Origin: Macrostomum lignano
Lineage: Eukaryota
Reading direction: 5' to 3'
Assembly (NCBI GenBank): GCA_002269645.1
Contig: NIVC01000158.1
Coordinates: 682,001 to 746,000 of the forward strand
DNA: 64,000 bases
This document shows positions 41,377-53,222 of the stretch, one piece after another; position 1 is the first letter of the stretch; the number at the start of each line of letters is the position of its first letter. The notes under the pieces are model-generated. The model searched no databases, was not told the DNA's origin, and saw only the letters and a list, made by a program, of their open reading frames with translations. Both the position numbers and the translations under genes were made by a program.

Positions 41377-43997
41377 TCACTTGCCGTTAGGCATCGCAGC
41401 AGCAGCAGCAGCCTCAGCCGCTGTCGATTCCTTCTTGGACTTTTTGCCAGGACAGACAATGACAGCACAGCCGGCATTGTGTAGCAGGTGTTCACTGACG
41501 CTGCCAAGGAACGTTCGCCTGAGCTTGCCGAGGCCGCGGGAGCCAATGACAACGCATGAGATGCTGGACTCTTCCACGTAGCGAACTAGGGTGTCACCAG
41601 CCTTGCTGCCAACCAACTCCTGGGATGAGGAGATAAAGAGTGAAGGGATGTGGAAGCTGGTTGAGGTCATTTGGAGTTGGAGCTACTCAACTCGTAGCTG
41701 TCAGCTGTCAGAACCCGTAGCTGAGAGTGACAGAAGGGAAGGAGTCTCAGTTGAGAGGGAGAGTGACAGAAGGGAAGGAGTCTCAGTTGAGAGAGAGTGA
41801 CAGAAGGGAAGGAGTCTCAATTGAGAGGGAGAGTGACAGAAGGGAAGGAGTCTCAATTTAGAGGGAGAGTGACAGAAGGGAAGGAGTCTCAGTTGAGAGA
41901 GAGTGACAGAAGGGAAGGAGTCTTAGTTAAGAAGAGTGACAACTGGGAGGTGTAGTTGTTGGTAAGTTAACAATAGGTTAACTTTTATAAAGCCATCGGA
42001 AAAGTGCACGGCATTGGGTGCAACGCTAGCACTGCCGAGCACTCAACTTTTCTGTCATGATTTACAGCTTGAACTTTTAGTTCAAGCCTAGCCTAGCTGG
42101 GCGCTCTCAGCTCAGGATACCCTTACTCGAGTTCGAAGTCGACTGCAAGAAAGATGGGAAAACTAATTATCCTACTGCTGCTGAATCCAGATTCTGCGTC
42201 ACGGAATTCCCTAAGGCAATTCTAGCCACTTATTGCAGTTGCAGCTAGCGACAAGCAGAACCGAGAGTGATCAAGCACAATGAAGCATATCGATTTTTTT
42301 ATTCCTAAGTGAAGAACTTCTTGAGCAAAATGTTCAAAAAGTTGGTAGCACAGAGTTATCGCATCGGTCTCTTGTTTAGCAGGACCCGGTTTTGATTCCG
42401 GCTGTTATTAGTTAGTTAGCTACCATGCTAATTTGTGGAGGCAGTCCTGGAGTCTGTCTTGCTCAACTAAAGCCTGCGATGAACAGCCCTCAAAGCATTT
42501 AATATTTAACAAGCATGACGTCATGACTGCTGTGTATGGGCCTGCACCCAGGCTTACTCAGGAGACGACTTCATCCATCCCCGTCTCCATCCCTCCCGTC
42601 TCCATCCCCGTCTCCATCCCCGTCTCCATCCCCGTCTCCATCCCCGTCTCCATCCCTCCCGTCTCCATCCCGTCTCCATCTCTGTCTCCATCCCCGTCTC
42701 CATCCCTCCCGTCTCCATCCCTCCCGTCTCCATCCCTCCCGTCTCCATCCCTCCCGTCTCCATCCCTCCCGTCTCCATCCCCGTCTCCATCCCGTCTCCA
42801 TCCCCGTCTCCATCCCGTCTCCATCTCTGTCTCCATCCCCGTCTCCATCCCTCCCGTCTCCATCCCTCCCGTCTCCATCCCTCCCGTCTCCATCCCCGTC
42901 TCCATCCCCGTCTCCATCTCTGTCTCCATCCCCGTCTCCATCCCTCCCGTCTCCATCCCTCCCGTCTCCATCCCTCTCGTCTCCATCCCCGTCTCCATCC
43001 CCGTCTCCATCCCCGTCTCCATCCCTCCCGTCTCCATCCCTCCCGTCTCCATCCCTCCCGTCTCCATCCCTCCCGTCTCCATCCCCGTCTCCATCCCCGT
43101 CTCCATCTCTGTCTCCATCCCCGTCTCCATCCCTCCCGTCTCCATCCCTCCCGTCTCCATCCCTCTCGTCTCCATCCCCGTCTCCATCCCCGTCTCCATC
43201 CCCGTCTCCATCCCCGTCTCCATCCCTCCCGTCTCCATCCCTCCCGTCTCCATCCCTCCCGTCTCCATCCCTCCCGTCTCCATCCCTCCCGTCTCCATCC
43301 CTCCCGTCTCCATCCCTCCCGTCTCCATCCCTCCCCATCTCCTTGCCCGTCTCCATCCCCGTCTCCATTTCTGTCTCCATCCCCGTCTCCATCTCTGTCT
43401 CCATCCCCGTCTCCATCCCCGTCTCCATCCCCGTCTCCATCCCCGTCTCCATCCCCGTCTCCATCCCCGTCTCCATCCCTCCCGTCTCCATCCCTCCCGT
43501 CTCCATCCCTCCCGTCTCCATCCCCGTCTCCATCCCTCCCCGTCTCCTTGCCCGTCTCCATCCCCGTCTCCATCCTCGTCTTTATCCCCGTCTCCATCCC
43601 GCACCCGGCTACCAGACAGCGTCCAGTTCCCACAGCCCACCTGAAAGTGCAGCTGAGCTTCGGGCACCCCCGCCTCGCGACAGGCCTGATAAAACTTCGC
43701 CTTCAGCCTGGCCGCCTCTTTTAAGCCTTCGCTGTAGGCCCGGTTGCCTTCCTGCACGAAGTCGTCTCCAACGCTGCTCAAATGCGGCTCAGTCGGAGCT
43801 CGATGCGGCGGCTCCAGCACGAAGGCCAACACGGCGAAGTCTCCTGGCCGGTACAGGTTGGCCAGGAACCAGGACACTGCGCGGTCGCTGTGCTTCGAGC
43901 CGTCCACGGGCAGCAGGATCCGGCGGCTGGCGGGCGGTTCAGCTAGCTGCTGCGACGACGAAGCCACAGACGACATCGAGGAGGTCGACGAAGACAT
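41377..43997 (-). CDS. Universal stress protein (USP/UspA domain), 2 exons, 199 aa
   Basis: Exon 1 43997-43641 (RRILLPVDGSKHSDRAVSW...VLAFVLE) ends CAG|GTGGG. Exon 2 41619-41377 (AGDTLVRYVEE...VVIGSRGLGKLRRTFLGSVSEHLLHNAGCAVIVCP) carries the G-x2-G-x9-GS ATP-binding USP motif. Confidence 0.93.
41722..41935. repeat. ~34-bp purine-rich minisatellite in USP intron
   Basis: Unit approx. GAGAGTGACAGAAGGGAAGGAGTCTCAGTTGAGA, about 6 copies. Confidence 0.88.
42575..43600. repeat. 12/15-bp C-rich minisatellite in USP intron
   Basis: Units CCCCGTCTCCAT and CCCTCCCGTCTCCAT. They give rise to the METGM/PSLPS pseudo-ORFs. Confidence 0.95.
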
Positions 43998-45623
43998 GAC
44001 TATGGATGATTGAGATTTCGGCCAGTTTGGTTTAACTGTTGGGGCAATGATGGGGGGTGCACGTGGCAGGTGTGCCGGTATGCTTTAAACAGCGATACGT
44101 ACTGAGTGTCTAGCCTGCTCCATTGTGTCTGAAATGTCTTAATCCCTAGCGTCTCGAAAGTCTAACACTATAACCATTTGTGTCCTAAATGTATAACCTC
44201 TCTTGGGAAGACACTGACCCATTGTATCTTGAATATATACCTTCCTTGGGAAGACACTGACCGCTTGTGTCCTAAAAGTCTAACCTCTTGGGAAGACACT
44301 GACCGCTTGTGTCCTAAAAGTCTAACCTCTTGGGAAGACACCAACTGTTTGTGTACTTTGACACAGACGATAGAGTACTCGTACATCTTTTCTACAAAAT
44401 ATGTTTCATCAGCCTGACAGTGGGTGGACGCAAGTCCTGTCATGAGATATGAGAAGGGCATCGGTAGGGCAACATCCTCCAAGATGCTCACTGGATCCAA
44501 CTAGTCGCCTATCTTATTTATAATTCACAGTCACGTATTGCAATTACTTTAATTTGAAAGTTTTGCGTCTATTGAGGTTGCAGGGGTGGGGAATTGCTCC
44601 TTTCCGACACAACTAACCTCGATGAAAGTTTGAAAGTGCCGTCATGCCCATTACGCTGACCCATGAGAACACGATCGCGCTCACACGGGGTGTACAACCG
44701 CCCTGACTTTCTCATTATCAGAAATGTACATTCTCTGTACCTTGGTTTTAGCTAGCGTGAGTCGCGAAGACCTCTTCAATTGGCAATGTCATTGGGAATT
44801 GGGAGGTGGCTTAGTCCTGGAGCCGACCGATCCTAGGTCAACTCAACGCTGCGAAATTCGAATAAAGAACGCCACTGTGCTCAAACACAGCAGGTCAGAC
44901 TCCCGCGAAACTCACCGAAAGCGAAGCTAAGGCCTGAAAATCAGCCGAGGGACTGCAGCTTTACTGAATAAAATTGCCGAGCTAATCTCTAATTTACATT
45001 GCGAATGACGGACAGGCCAACGTACAAAAAGCCGTCCCTCGCCTCGGGAATAGACGGGGCTGAGCCAGGCTCCTCTTGACCCTGATAGGCTGCGACAGGT
45101 CCTCTACTAGCCATTCATTGAGCCACGGCTGGTTCGCTCATCCGGGAAATACTAATCCTCCGTGCCCGGCTTTCATCGGCGGCATGTACAATACTTGGGG
45201 AAGCCAAGTGAGAAAAAGGATTAGATTCGCAATCCATTATCAAAGGAAATTGCTGCGCGAGAATCAGATGCAGAGGATGCAAAGAAGGCAGAATGTATAA
45301 GGCGAGAATTTACCAGTCCAGTCTGTTGGATTCTCAATCTAAGAAAAAATGAACTGGCCAAAGGAAAGGCGGGTTTCCTTGCGCCTGCAATCAGCTGAGG
45401 CAGCCGAGCTCGTCAGAATGAAATAATTAAAGGCAACTTCAGAGGAGAACAGGCGAGAGAAGGAGAGGAGAGAGTAGAGCAGGTGGCCATGAGGGGCCCG
45501 CGTTGCATTCATAAATATTTTCGCGGGCGAGGCAATTTTTGGACAATCTCTCTGTCTGCCTCCAGGCGCATGATGCGATCCGGGATGGCCGAAGCAAGGA
45601 CCTCCATAGACACCTGGATTTGA

Positions 45624-46062
45624 CATCCGGGCTGCCATCATGACCCTCTCTGGTCACGGCTGCTTCTCCAGGCACCAGTACCTGCAGGGCAACGCCACCA
45701 ACGCCACCTGTAGTTTCTGCAACTCAGGTGACGAAACCGCTGAGCATTTCGTCAGCATCTGTCCCGCCTTCACGCGGGCCAGACTCACTTACCTCGGGCC
45801 ACACACATCTATTACTGAAGCATGCAAACCCGAAAACTTTAATCAGCTCATGCGCTACCTTCGGGCCACCCGCAGGGCTGAACTCTCCTTTCCAGAGAGC
45901 ACTATAGCTGCTGGCGACACTGGGGGACCTCCCTGGGCGGCGCCAACCCTCCGTCCATAGCGACGCGTCGGCCGTTCAGGGATTAGCGGAATGGGCGCCC
46001 GCGCCTTCCCGCTGTGACCCCTCCGGGACAGCCCTGCAGCTAAGTCAAGTAAGTCAAGCGGG
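45624..46062 (+). mobile_element. 5'-truncated non-LTR retrotransposon (I-group-like) 3' end
   Basis: 45640-45960 encodes LSGHG...CSFCNSGDETAEHFVSICPAFTRARLTYLG, the CCHC knuckle typical of the ORF2 C-terminus of I/R1/LOA/Tad LINEs. Tail (TAAGTCAAG)2. Flanked by 72-bp direct repeats at 45552-45623 and 46063-46134. Confidence 0.8.
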
Positions 46063-46336
46063 CTGTCTGCCTGCAGGCGCATGATGCGATCCGGGATGGC
46101 CGAAGCAAGGACCTCCATAGACACCTGGATTTGAAGCGCAAACGCATCCGTCTAATCAAAAATCTGTGATTGTCAGCTGATTGAAAACTATCTAGCAGCG
46201 CAGGCAGCCTATTCAGCTGAGTACTAACCATGGTCAACTGTGCTTAACTTCTCACCAATCGACAATCGGAGGATTAATGGGTTACCGAATGAGATAAAAT
46301 ATTCTACCACTACTACTGTAGATACTGCAGAAAAAA

Positions 46337-46600
46337 GGGGGGTTGTAGCCTAGTAGTTAGAGGTTCGGACTCACAACTGAAAGGTCGGGGGTTCGATTCC
46401 TGATCCCGCTGGAACAATTTGTGTCCTTGAGCAAGACACTTAACTCTGCAATGTCTGCATTGCTTCAGTTCACCCAGCTGTAAAATGGGAGCCAGCATTA
46501 GCTGGGGTAATTCAGGGTGTGGCGACCCCCCAGTCCTTGGATTGAACAGCCGTACGCAGCCTTCAGATGCGGCTAGCTGCGGCTGAGCTGTCGGTTGCAC
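46337..46600 (+). mobile_element. tRNA-derived SINE with CORE-like central domain
   Basis: Pol III A-box TAGCCTAGTAG (46346) and B-box GGTTCGATTCC (46390-46400), then GTGTCCTTGAGCAAGACACTTTAACTC...CAGCTGTAAAATGGG (46421-46489), resembling the MIR/CORE consensus GTGACCTTGGGCAAGTTACTTAACCTC...ATCTGTAAAATGGG. The 3' end is approximate. Confidence 0.75.
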
Positions 46601-47151
46601 ATCTGACCATCAGCCATGAGGTTTAACCAATTAAAATTGTAGATAGGCTTGAAAATTATTACAATAACAAACTATTCCAATAGTTACGAGCTAGTTTATT
46701 AAACTATTAGTTCTTTTAGTAGTTGAGGTCGCGACAATCAGCTCGCAATCCAAAGAAAGAGGCAGCCTTGTGCGTGGCAAGTAAGACTTTAATATTTTTT
46801 AACCCATACTTATACAGGCACTGGAATTTGGATGCAGCTGTTATGCACGAACTGCCTTAGTTCAGCCTCATTCTCTATAAGCAGAGAGAAGGCTTAAGAG
46901 AGGTTTCTAATTAAGAAACTGTTTCAACACAAGACTATACCTTTTCCCAAAAGACGAGAGGCCTTAAAGAAGAGAAGCCTCAGAGGGAGGCTTCTTTTTG
47001 TTTTGCTTACTTCGTGCTTAATTTTCTAGGAAATAAAATTCGGATTTGCGTGGAAATCAAATTTCGCGAAAAAATGTGCAAATTGCATGCGCTACTGAAC
47101 AGGGGAAAGCATAAGTGTAGATTTCATATACTAGTGCAGCTAACTCGGAAG

Positions 47152-47942
47152 TGACAAGCTGGTCAGTGGAGTGACAAGCTAATCAGTGGAGTGACAAGCT
47201 AATCAGTGGAGTGACAAGCTAATCAGTGGAGTGACAAGCTAATCAGTGGAGTGACAAGCTAATCAGTGGAGTGACAAGCTAATCAGTGGAGTGACAAGCT
47301 AATCAGTGGAGTGACAAGCTAATCAGTGGAGTGACAAGCTAATCAGTGGAATGAAAAGCTAATCAGTGGAGTGACAAGCTAATCAGTGGAGTGACAAGCT
47401 AATCAGTGGAGTGACAAGCTAATCAGTGGAGTGACAAGCTAATCAGTGGAGTGACAAGCTAATCAGTGGAGTGACAAGCTAATCAGTGGAGTTACAAGCT
47501 AATCAGTGGAGTGACAAGCTAATCAGTGGAGTGAAAAGCTGGTAAGTGGATTGACAAGCTAATCAGTGGAGTGACAAGCTAATCAGTGGAGTGACAAGCT
47601 AATCAGTGGAGTGACAAGCTAATCAGTGGAGTGACAAGCTAATCAGTGGAGTGACAAGCTAATCAGTGGAGTGACAAGCTAATCAGTGGAGTGACAAGCT
47701 AATCAGTGGAGTGACAAGCTAATCAGTGGAGTGACAAGCTAATCAGTGGAGTGACAAGCTAATCAGTGGAATGAAAAGCTGGTAAGTGGATTGACAAGCT
47801 GGTAAATGGAGTGACAAGCTGGTAAGTGGAGTGACAAGCTGGTAAGTGTAGTGACAAGCTGGTAAGTGTAGTGACAAGCTGGTAAGTGGAGTGACAAGCT
47901 GGTAAGTGGAGTGACAAGCACACTGGTCAGTGGAGTGACAAG
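47152..47942. repeat. 20-bp minisatellite
   Basis: Unit GTGGAGTGACAAGCTAATCA, drifting to GTGGAGTGACAAGCTGGTAA distally; about 39 copies. Confidence 0.95.
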
Positions 47943-50900
47943 TAGACCAATTGTGTTAGCAACTCACTCGCGAGCTAATAAACTTACCAGTCAGAAATTC
48001 TGCTTCTCCAATCTCACAGTCCGGTGTGTTTCAAAATCAAATAAAAAAATACAAATTGGGAGCTGAGCACACAACACACTCCGCAGTCATTATCCAGATA
48101 TGCTTTTAATTCGCGGGCTTCGGCCCTTATTTTTGCTGGCTACATTACAGAACCGTTGAAGAAGCAAATAAAGAGAGGAGAGCCCAGTTCCTAGCTGTGT
48201 GCATTTATATGCATACTCTTTGCCTGGTAAAATAGCACACTGTACAATCAGGCTGGGTCACGCGGGTTTGGGGATAGGTTTGGAGAAGCGAGGGACGACA
48301 GGAAAGTACAGTTCAGCGAAAAACCTAAATTATATATATAAATACCGTATCTACATTCAGCTGGGCTGTTCATGCATGCCTTAGTCTCGTGTCACTATTG
48401 TACGCGAAATAAGAATTGCCTGCACGCAGGACTGTCAAATTGTACTTTTATTTTCTACGCGTCTTCAATGAGTCTCGCGGTTCTCTCCAGCTTTCTTAGC
48501 TAGTGAACTTGTCGGCCTGTTTTAATTGCTGGAATTAATTGTCGATGCATGAATTCCATTTTTTTAAAGCTGAGGTAACTTTCGGGAGACACCAAAAGAA
48601 AAGAATAAGTTTTTTTAAATAAACTACATGTTGCTTTGGACAATTTTACAATCACTGCTGTTTGTTTCTTAAGGAAAATGATGTTTAAAACAAAGATAGC
48701 ATCTGCACGGAAAGCCAGCCTATCTAGCTTAAGATATCTCAGCAATCCGATGAATTCCTATTCGTGCAGCTTATGTAGTTGAAAATTCATGTTAGCTGGA
48801 GTGAGCGAGTGTACTTTTTTGTACTTGTATTTAGATGAGGATGTGCTAGTCTTCGATTATAATTATTAATTAATCGTTCCTGAAGTATGCAAAGACGATG
48901 GAAATTCAATTTCAGTTTGTACAAATTTGAATTAAATATGCTGGTACATCATAGCTCGTAGCTTTCCCATGCCTTACCAATACCTGTAGCATGTAATGAT
49001 TTAGGCATCAGATAAACTAATTTTTTCTTTTGTTAAAGCTTTTCGGACGATAAAATCAAACAAACCGAGACTCATAAGTCATAATCGTGATTGAATTCTT
49101 TGATAAAGTAGAAAAAGAATATTCAAGTCGGTAAAAAGAGCAACTGCCAAGATTTTCTTCTAACCTTGCGTAAGATGGTTATGATTATAGATAAATATTT
49201 TTGTTCAAATATGCGGCAGGCATCACTTGCAACACACCGTAATGAAGCAGTTGCAATAGCCACTTTGGGACCTGTTTAGCATTTGATTTTCAATGAATCA
49301 AATTATTCGCTGTATTTCCAGGAAATCTTTTAGGAGCTCTTCGACCTTTTGTCGAGACAAAGCGATGTGCGGTTTGTTTTATTGACTTCACACCTTGAAC
49401 AAGATCAGATGAAAGTCTGAGGAGACAACACAGGACCATGCAGAGTGATCATGCAGAGTGATCATGCAGATGGCCCCGGCCCTCTAAAACCCAGCTGGGG
49501 AATTGTTGCATTATTTACATGTAGATACATTTAAGCCGAGTCATTGGCTATGAAGAACATGACTGGCTCGAAAGTTGTATTTTGATTGACTGGCCCTCCT
49601 GATTCGAACTGATTGGTTGATCGATCCATACGGCTGATTGTTGGCTGCTCATCTGAACTGGCATTGCGAATCACATTATGGAAAGAAAACAGAATATATA
49701 TTATCTTGATCATGTAGATCAGAGTTTCCTTTTCGATAGCGCGAACGGTTAAAAATTTATGTGAAATCCCTGGATTTTGCCTCTCGACTTCTGAACCAAC
49801 AAACATGTATGTACTGTATATATAAAATATTAATTGAATTTACAACCCAAAATTTTGTATTTATTTCTTGCCGATCTCACTCAGTTTTTTTTCGCTCAAA
49901 AATAAACAGCTGAAGATGCACAATATCGTGCGAAACGCGTCGTTAATTAAATGTTCATTTTCGAGTTCCTATTTATGTGAAATGGATAAAAATGCATGTG
50001 CCTGTTCTAAAAATGTGGAAAAGTGCCAGTCACTTGATTTTCACATACCACCTGAGGCGCCAGTAAGGTCGCATACTAATACATAATATGTGCATGTACT
50101 ACATGCATGCCAATGTGTGTTAGAATTCATCACAAATGAAAAGAAAAAAGCATGAGAGAGGGAAAATTTTCTATTGGGGAGACAAAGGATAGACTGTAAC
50201 CTGTAGGAGCTGAGAAAGAAGAAAACAAACGGGGCAGATACATGTACATGTACGAGTATGTGGAAAGGAAATTCCTTTTCTACTGGTAGTAGCTGTAAGA
50301 GCCGTACAGCTGGGGAAGGATCTGAATGTGCCGTCAAATCACATCACATCAAATCACTACAGTTTAAGTAGTCCTTTGCATCAAAACAGAAAATCCTTCA
50401 CCACAAACAAGCTGCAAGAACGTTCTCAGAAATTCGCGGCTTTAAACTATTATCCTTTACGTTCTAAAATAATTTTATATTCAGAATGCTGACATTGTTG
50501 ACAAAGTGTATGTACAAATTGTAGATATGCAAAATCAGTGTAAAACATTCGAATTTCTACAATCCGTTTTAACTAGTTTTGTTGCTAATATTTATGCGTA
50601 GACAAATTGTTTTGTTACCAATAATAAAAAAGAATATTTTACTTTTTTAATAAATAGTTTAAATAAAATAAAAATTAGAAACTGACTATCGAAGTAAATT
50701 TCAAATTTTCTTTCCTCGAAATGGTCTAAGTTGCCATTATCGCTGGCGCCGGCGCGAAGGCTGCACAAATACGAACTAGCCTTAGCATGCTTAGCAAAAT
50801 GCTGTTGCTGTTCGTTATTTTTCAGAGTTTTATTTTGAGGTCAAATCTTTTAACTGTGATTGAAAGAATATCGTGATTTGGTTTTAACAATGTTGGTTAC

Positions 50901-51433
50901 CAGGGTGTATTACTATTAATGTCAAATATTTAAGACTAATAACTAATGGGATATATATTGTTTAATATAAATATGAATTAGGTATTGTATTGATATTGAT
51001 GGATGGATTGCTATGGATTGAGAATATATGTCGCAGTCTCACTGTATATAAGATACAAAGCTATATATGATATAGAATAACTTACATCTTTACTTTGAAT
51101 ATTGTACAGTAAAGCACAAAGGACAAAGGAGTTAATGATGGCCCATGGGTTGATAACATGCAGAAATTACATAGCCATTGTCTCTGCTTGCAATTTCTTT
51201 CCCTAGGCCTAGTATTGTTCTAAATAAAATAGCTATTGTAAATATAACACTATATATATAATTATTAGTGCTCCGGCTTAGGCTTACTAAAGCTATGAAG
51301 TTTCTAAGAAAGATACTAAATTTTCTTGATAAAAAATACATACATGCGCAATTTTTCCCCCTGATTTACACTGGCCATGCGACTTTTTGACCAAAAATTC
51401 GACTTACCTGTAAAAGAAACCTAACGCAATTTT

Positions 51434-51497
51434 GGGTAAACGGCAGGAGTAACTATGACTGTCTTATAAGGGTTAAATGCCTCGTCATCTAATTAGT
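51434..51497 (+). pseudogene. Isolated 64-bp fragment of 28S (LSU) rDNA, helix 69-71 region
   Basis: GGGTAAACGGCAGGAGTAACTATGACTGTCTTATAAGGGTTAAATGCCTCGTCATCTAATTAGT versus the eukaryotic LSU consensus as I recall it, GGGTAAACGGCGGGAGTAACTATGACTCTCTTAAGGTAGCCAAATGCCTCGTCATCTAATTAGT: 55/64 identical without gaps. It is not a functional rRNA gene. Confidence 0.85.
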
Positions 51498-52004
51498 ACT
51501 ACGTCTGTATTCTTTAGTCTGGGCATTTTTGCGACTTACCCCCTGGTCAACCACAATTTACGGTGGCCAGATCGGCCAGGTTGGCCAGCAGATGCGCATG
51601 TATGTAAAAGATATATCTATAGGCCTATCAAATTTAGATTCCTAATCTTTTTTGCTAAAAACTATATCTTTGAACAATTTTTTGGATATAAATAAGTTAA
51701 TTTAGTCTTTGGCTAGCTTAGTCCTAAGGCTAAAAAAGTGAGTTTAATTTATAGTCAGCACTTAGGGTTTACCATAGACTAGGCCTAGGCCAATAATAAA
51801 GAAATGAAATCAATTTAGTCAAGTGCCACATATTTAAAGCCTTCTATGAATTGATTTTAGTCAAAGTGAATTTATTTATTTAGTCATTATGGCAGTATCT
51901 GCAGGCATTTGTACTCATTATCATTGAGCAGGACTAGCAAAAACTCATTGATGCCTTTATTTGCAATGCTGATTGGCAGTAAATAGCAAGATAGTTAAAT
52001 ATCC

Positions 52005-53222
52005 AGCTCCTAGACACTTTGTCATCTAACCACTTTGTCATCTTGATGACAAAATGACCATGGTTTTTGGACGCTTCCTTATATCAAAAAATTATTAGTA
52101 AATCTAGATGACAAAGTGACCAAATTTTGAGGACACTTCGTCATGCCAAGATTTAACAAGGCTATAAATTGTTATTCAATTGTTATTGTTATAAATTGTT
52201 ACTCAATTAATTTAGTCTATAAAATATAGGATTAAAATGCTCAGAGCATTTTCACCCCCTAAATGTGCTAAGCTATACATGCATTTGTGTCTATGAGTGC
52301 AACGTGCTAATTCTCCAACCAACTAACCATAGTGGCAGATCCAAGAAGGGTGCAGGTGCAGAGATGGTCACTTTACCCCTCAAGACTGAAGTGGCCAGCC
52401 TACTCCCACCCAGAATTTTATTTATAAATATGGTGCATGAAATCATGTATGAGAAGCAAATACATGTAAGAAACAGCTAGTTTATAAGTAAAAATGGCAG
52501 ACATCTGCATTTTTGCTAAGAGCCAGTTAGCAAAAAACAGCAAGCGCTTCAAAGTTAGGATTTTTTGTTTTAACACTAATGATTTTGCCATTAATAGAAG
52601 TTAAGATTTTCATTAATGGTGCCCAACACTGGAAGCAGATTAAAGAGATTTTAACTGTCTTCTTTCCAGAAAATTTTGAATCTTTTGGCAAAAATGCGAT
52701 CAAAATTGGTGAAGAATTGCAAGCTCTAGAGCATTATAGACATACAAACAAACAAACAAACAAATATTAGAGATTTAGATTTAGAAGGAAAGGATCAAAT
52801 TAATTCTGCAGTAATTTAAATGTATAGGTCATAATGCTATTCTCTTTGTGCTTTGTGAACTTTTTGATCTTTGTACTTACATGTAGCTACAAATTATGAT
52901 ATTTAACAACTATCTTTGTGGGTTGTGACTCCGCCATTGTCTGGTCCCAAGCCCAGAATGTGAAACGAGGAAGGCTACATGTAGATACATATACATGTAT
53001 AATGTTTAATATTTATCTTTATATAGTTATATAGTTGCATGTACAAGTATACATGTTACATATAGCATAGTTTTTCATACAAAAAGTGGATGACAAAGTG
53101 TCCAGGGAGTAGATGACGAAGTGTCCACATTAGTAATATGGATAACAAAGTGGTAAGATGACGAAGTGTCCAACAATAAGAGTGGATGGCAAAGTAGTAA
53201 GATGATGAAGTGTCTAGGAACC
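52005..53222. mobile_element. 1.2-kb non-autonomous DNA transposon with 8-bp TSD
   Basis: Left end AGCTCCTAGACACTTTGTCATCT versus right end AGATGATGAAGTGTCTAGGAACC (inverted). Multiple subterminal GATGAC(A/G)AAGTG repeats. AAATATCC lies directly outside both ends (51997-52004 and 53223-53230). Confidence 0.75.

Noticed and set aside
42433-43640. ORFs of 320-487 aa rich in PS, METG and DG
   Set aside because: They derive from the 12/15-bp array in the USP intron; only 43641-43997 is coding.
38785-44415. CTGATGA/TCATCAG motifs as hammerhead ribozyme cores (38788, 44405)
   Set aside because: No flanking stems or properly placed GAAA were found.
48113-48135. GGGC-TTCG-GCCC hairpin followed by a T-run (intrinsic terminator or Helitron 3' end)
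   Set aside because: The stem is only 4 bp, the context is eukaryotic, and there is no CTRR terminus at the expected distance.
48200-51340. Short minus-strand ORFs and exon-like segments in AT-rich DNA (e.g. 49531-49806, 50041-50337)
   Set aside because: No recognisable domain and no consistent splice chain could be built. A gene here cannot be excluded without RNA data.
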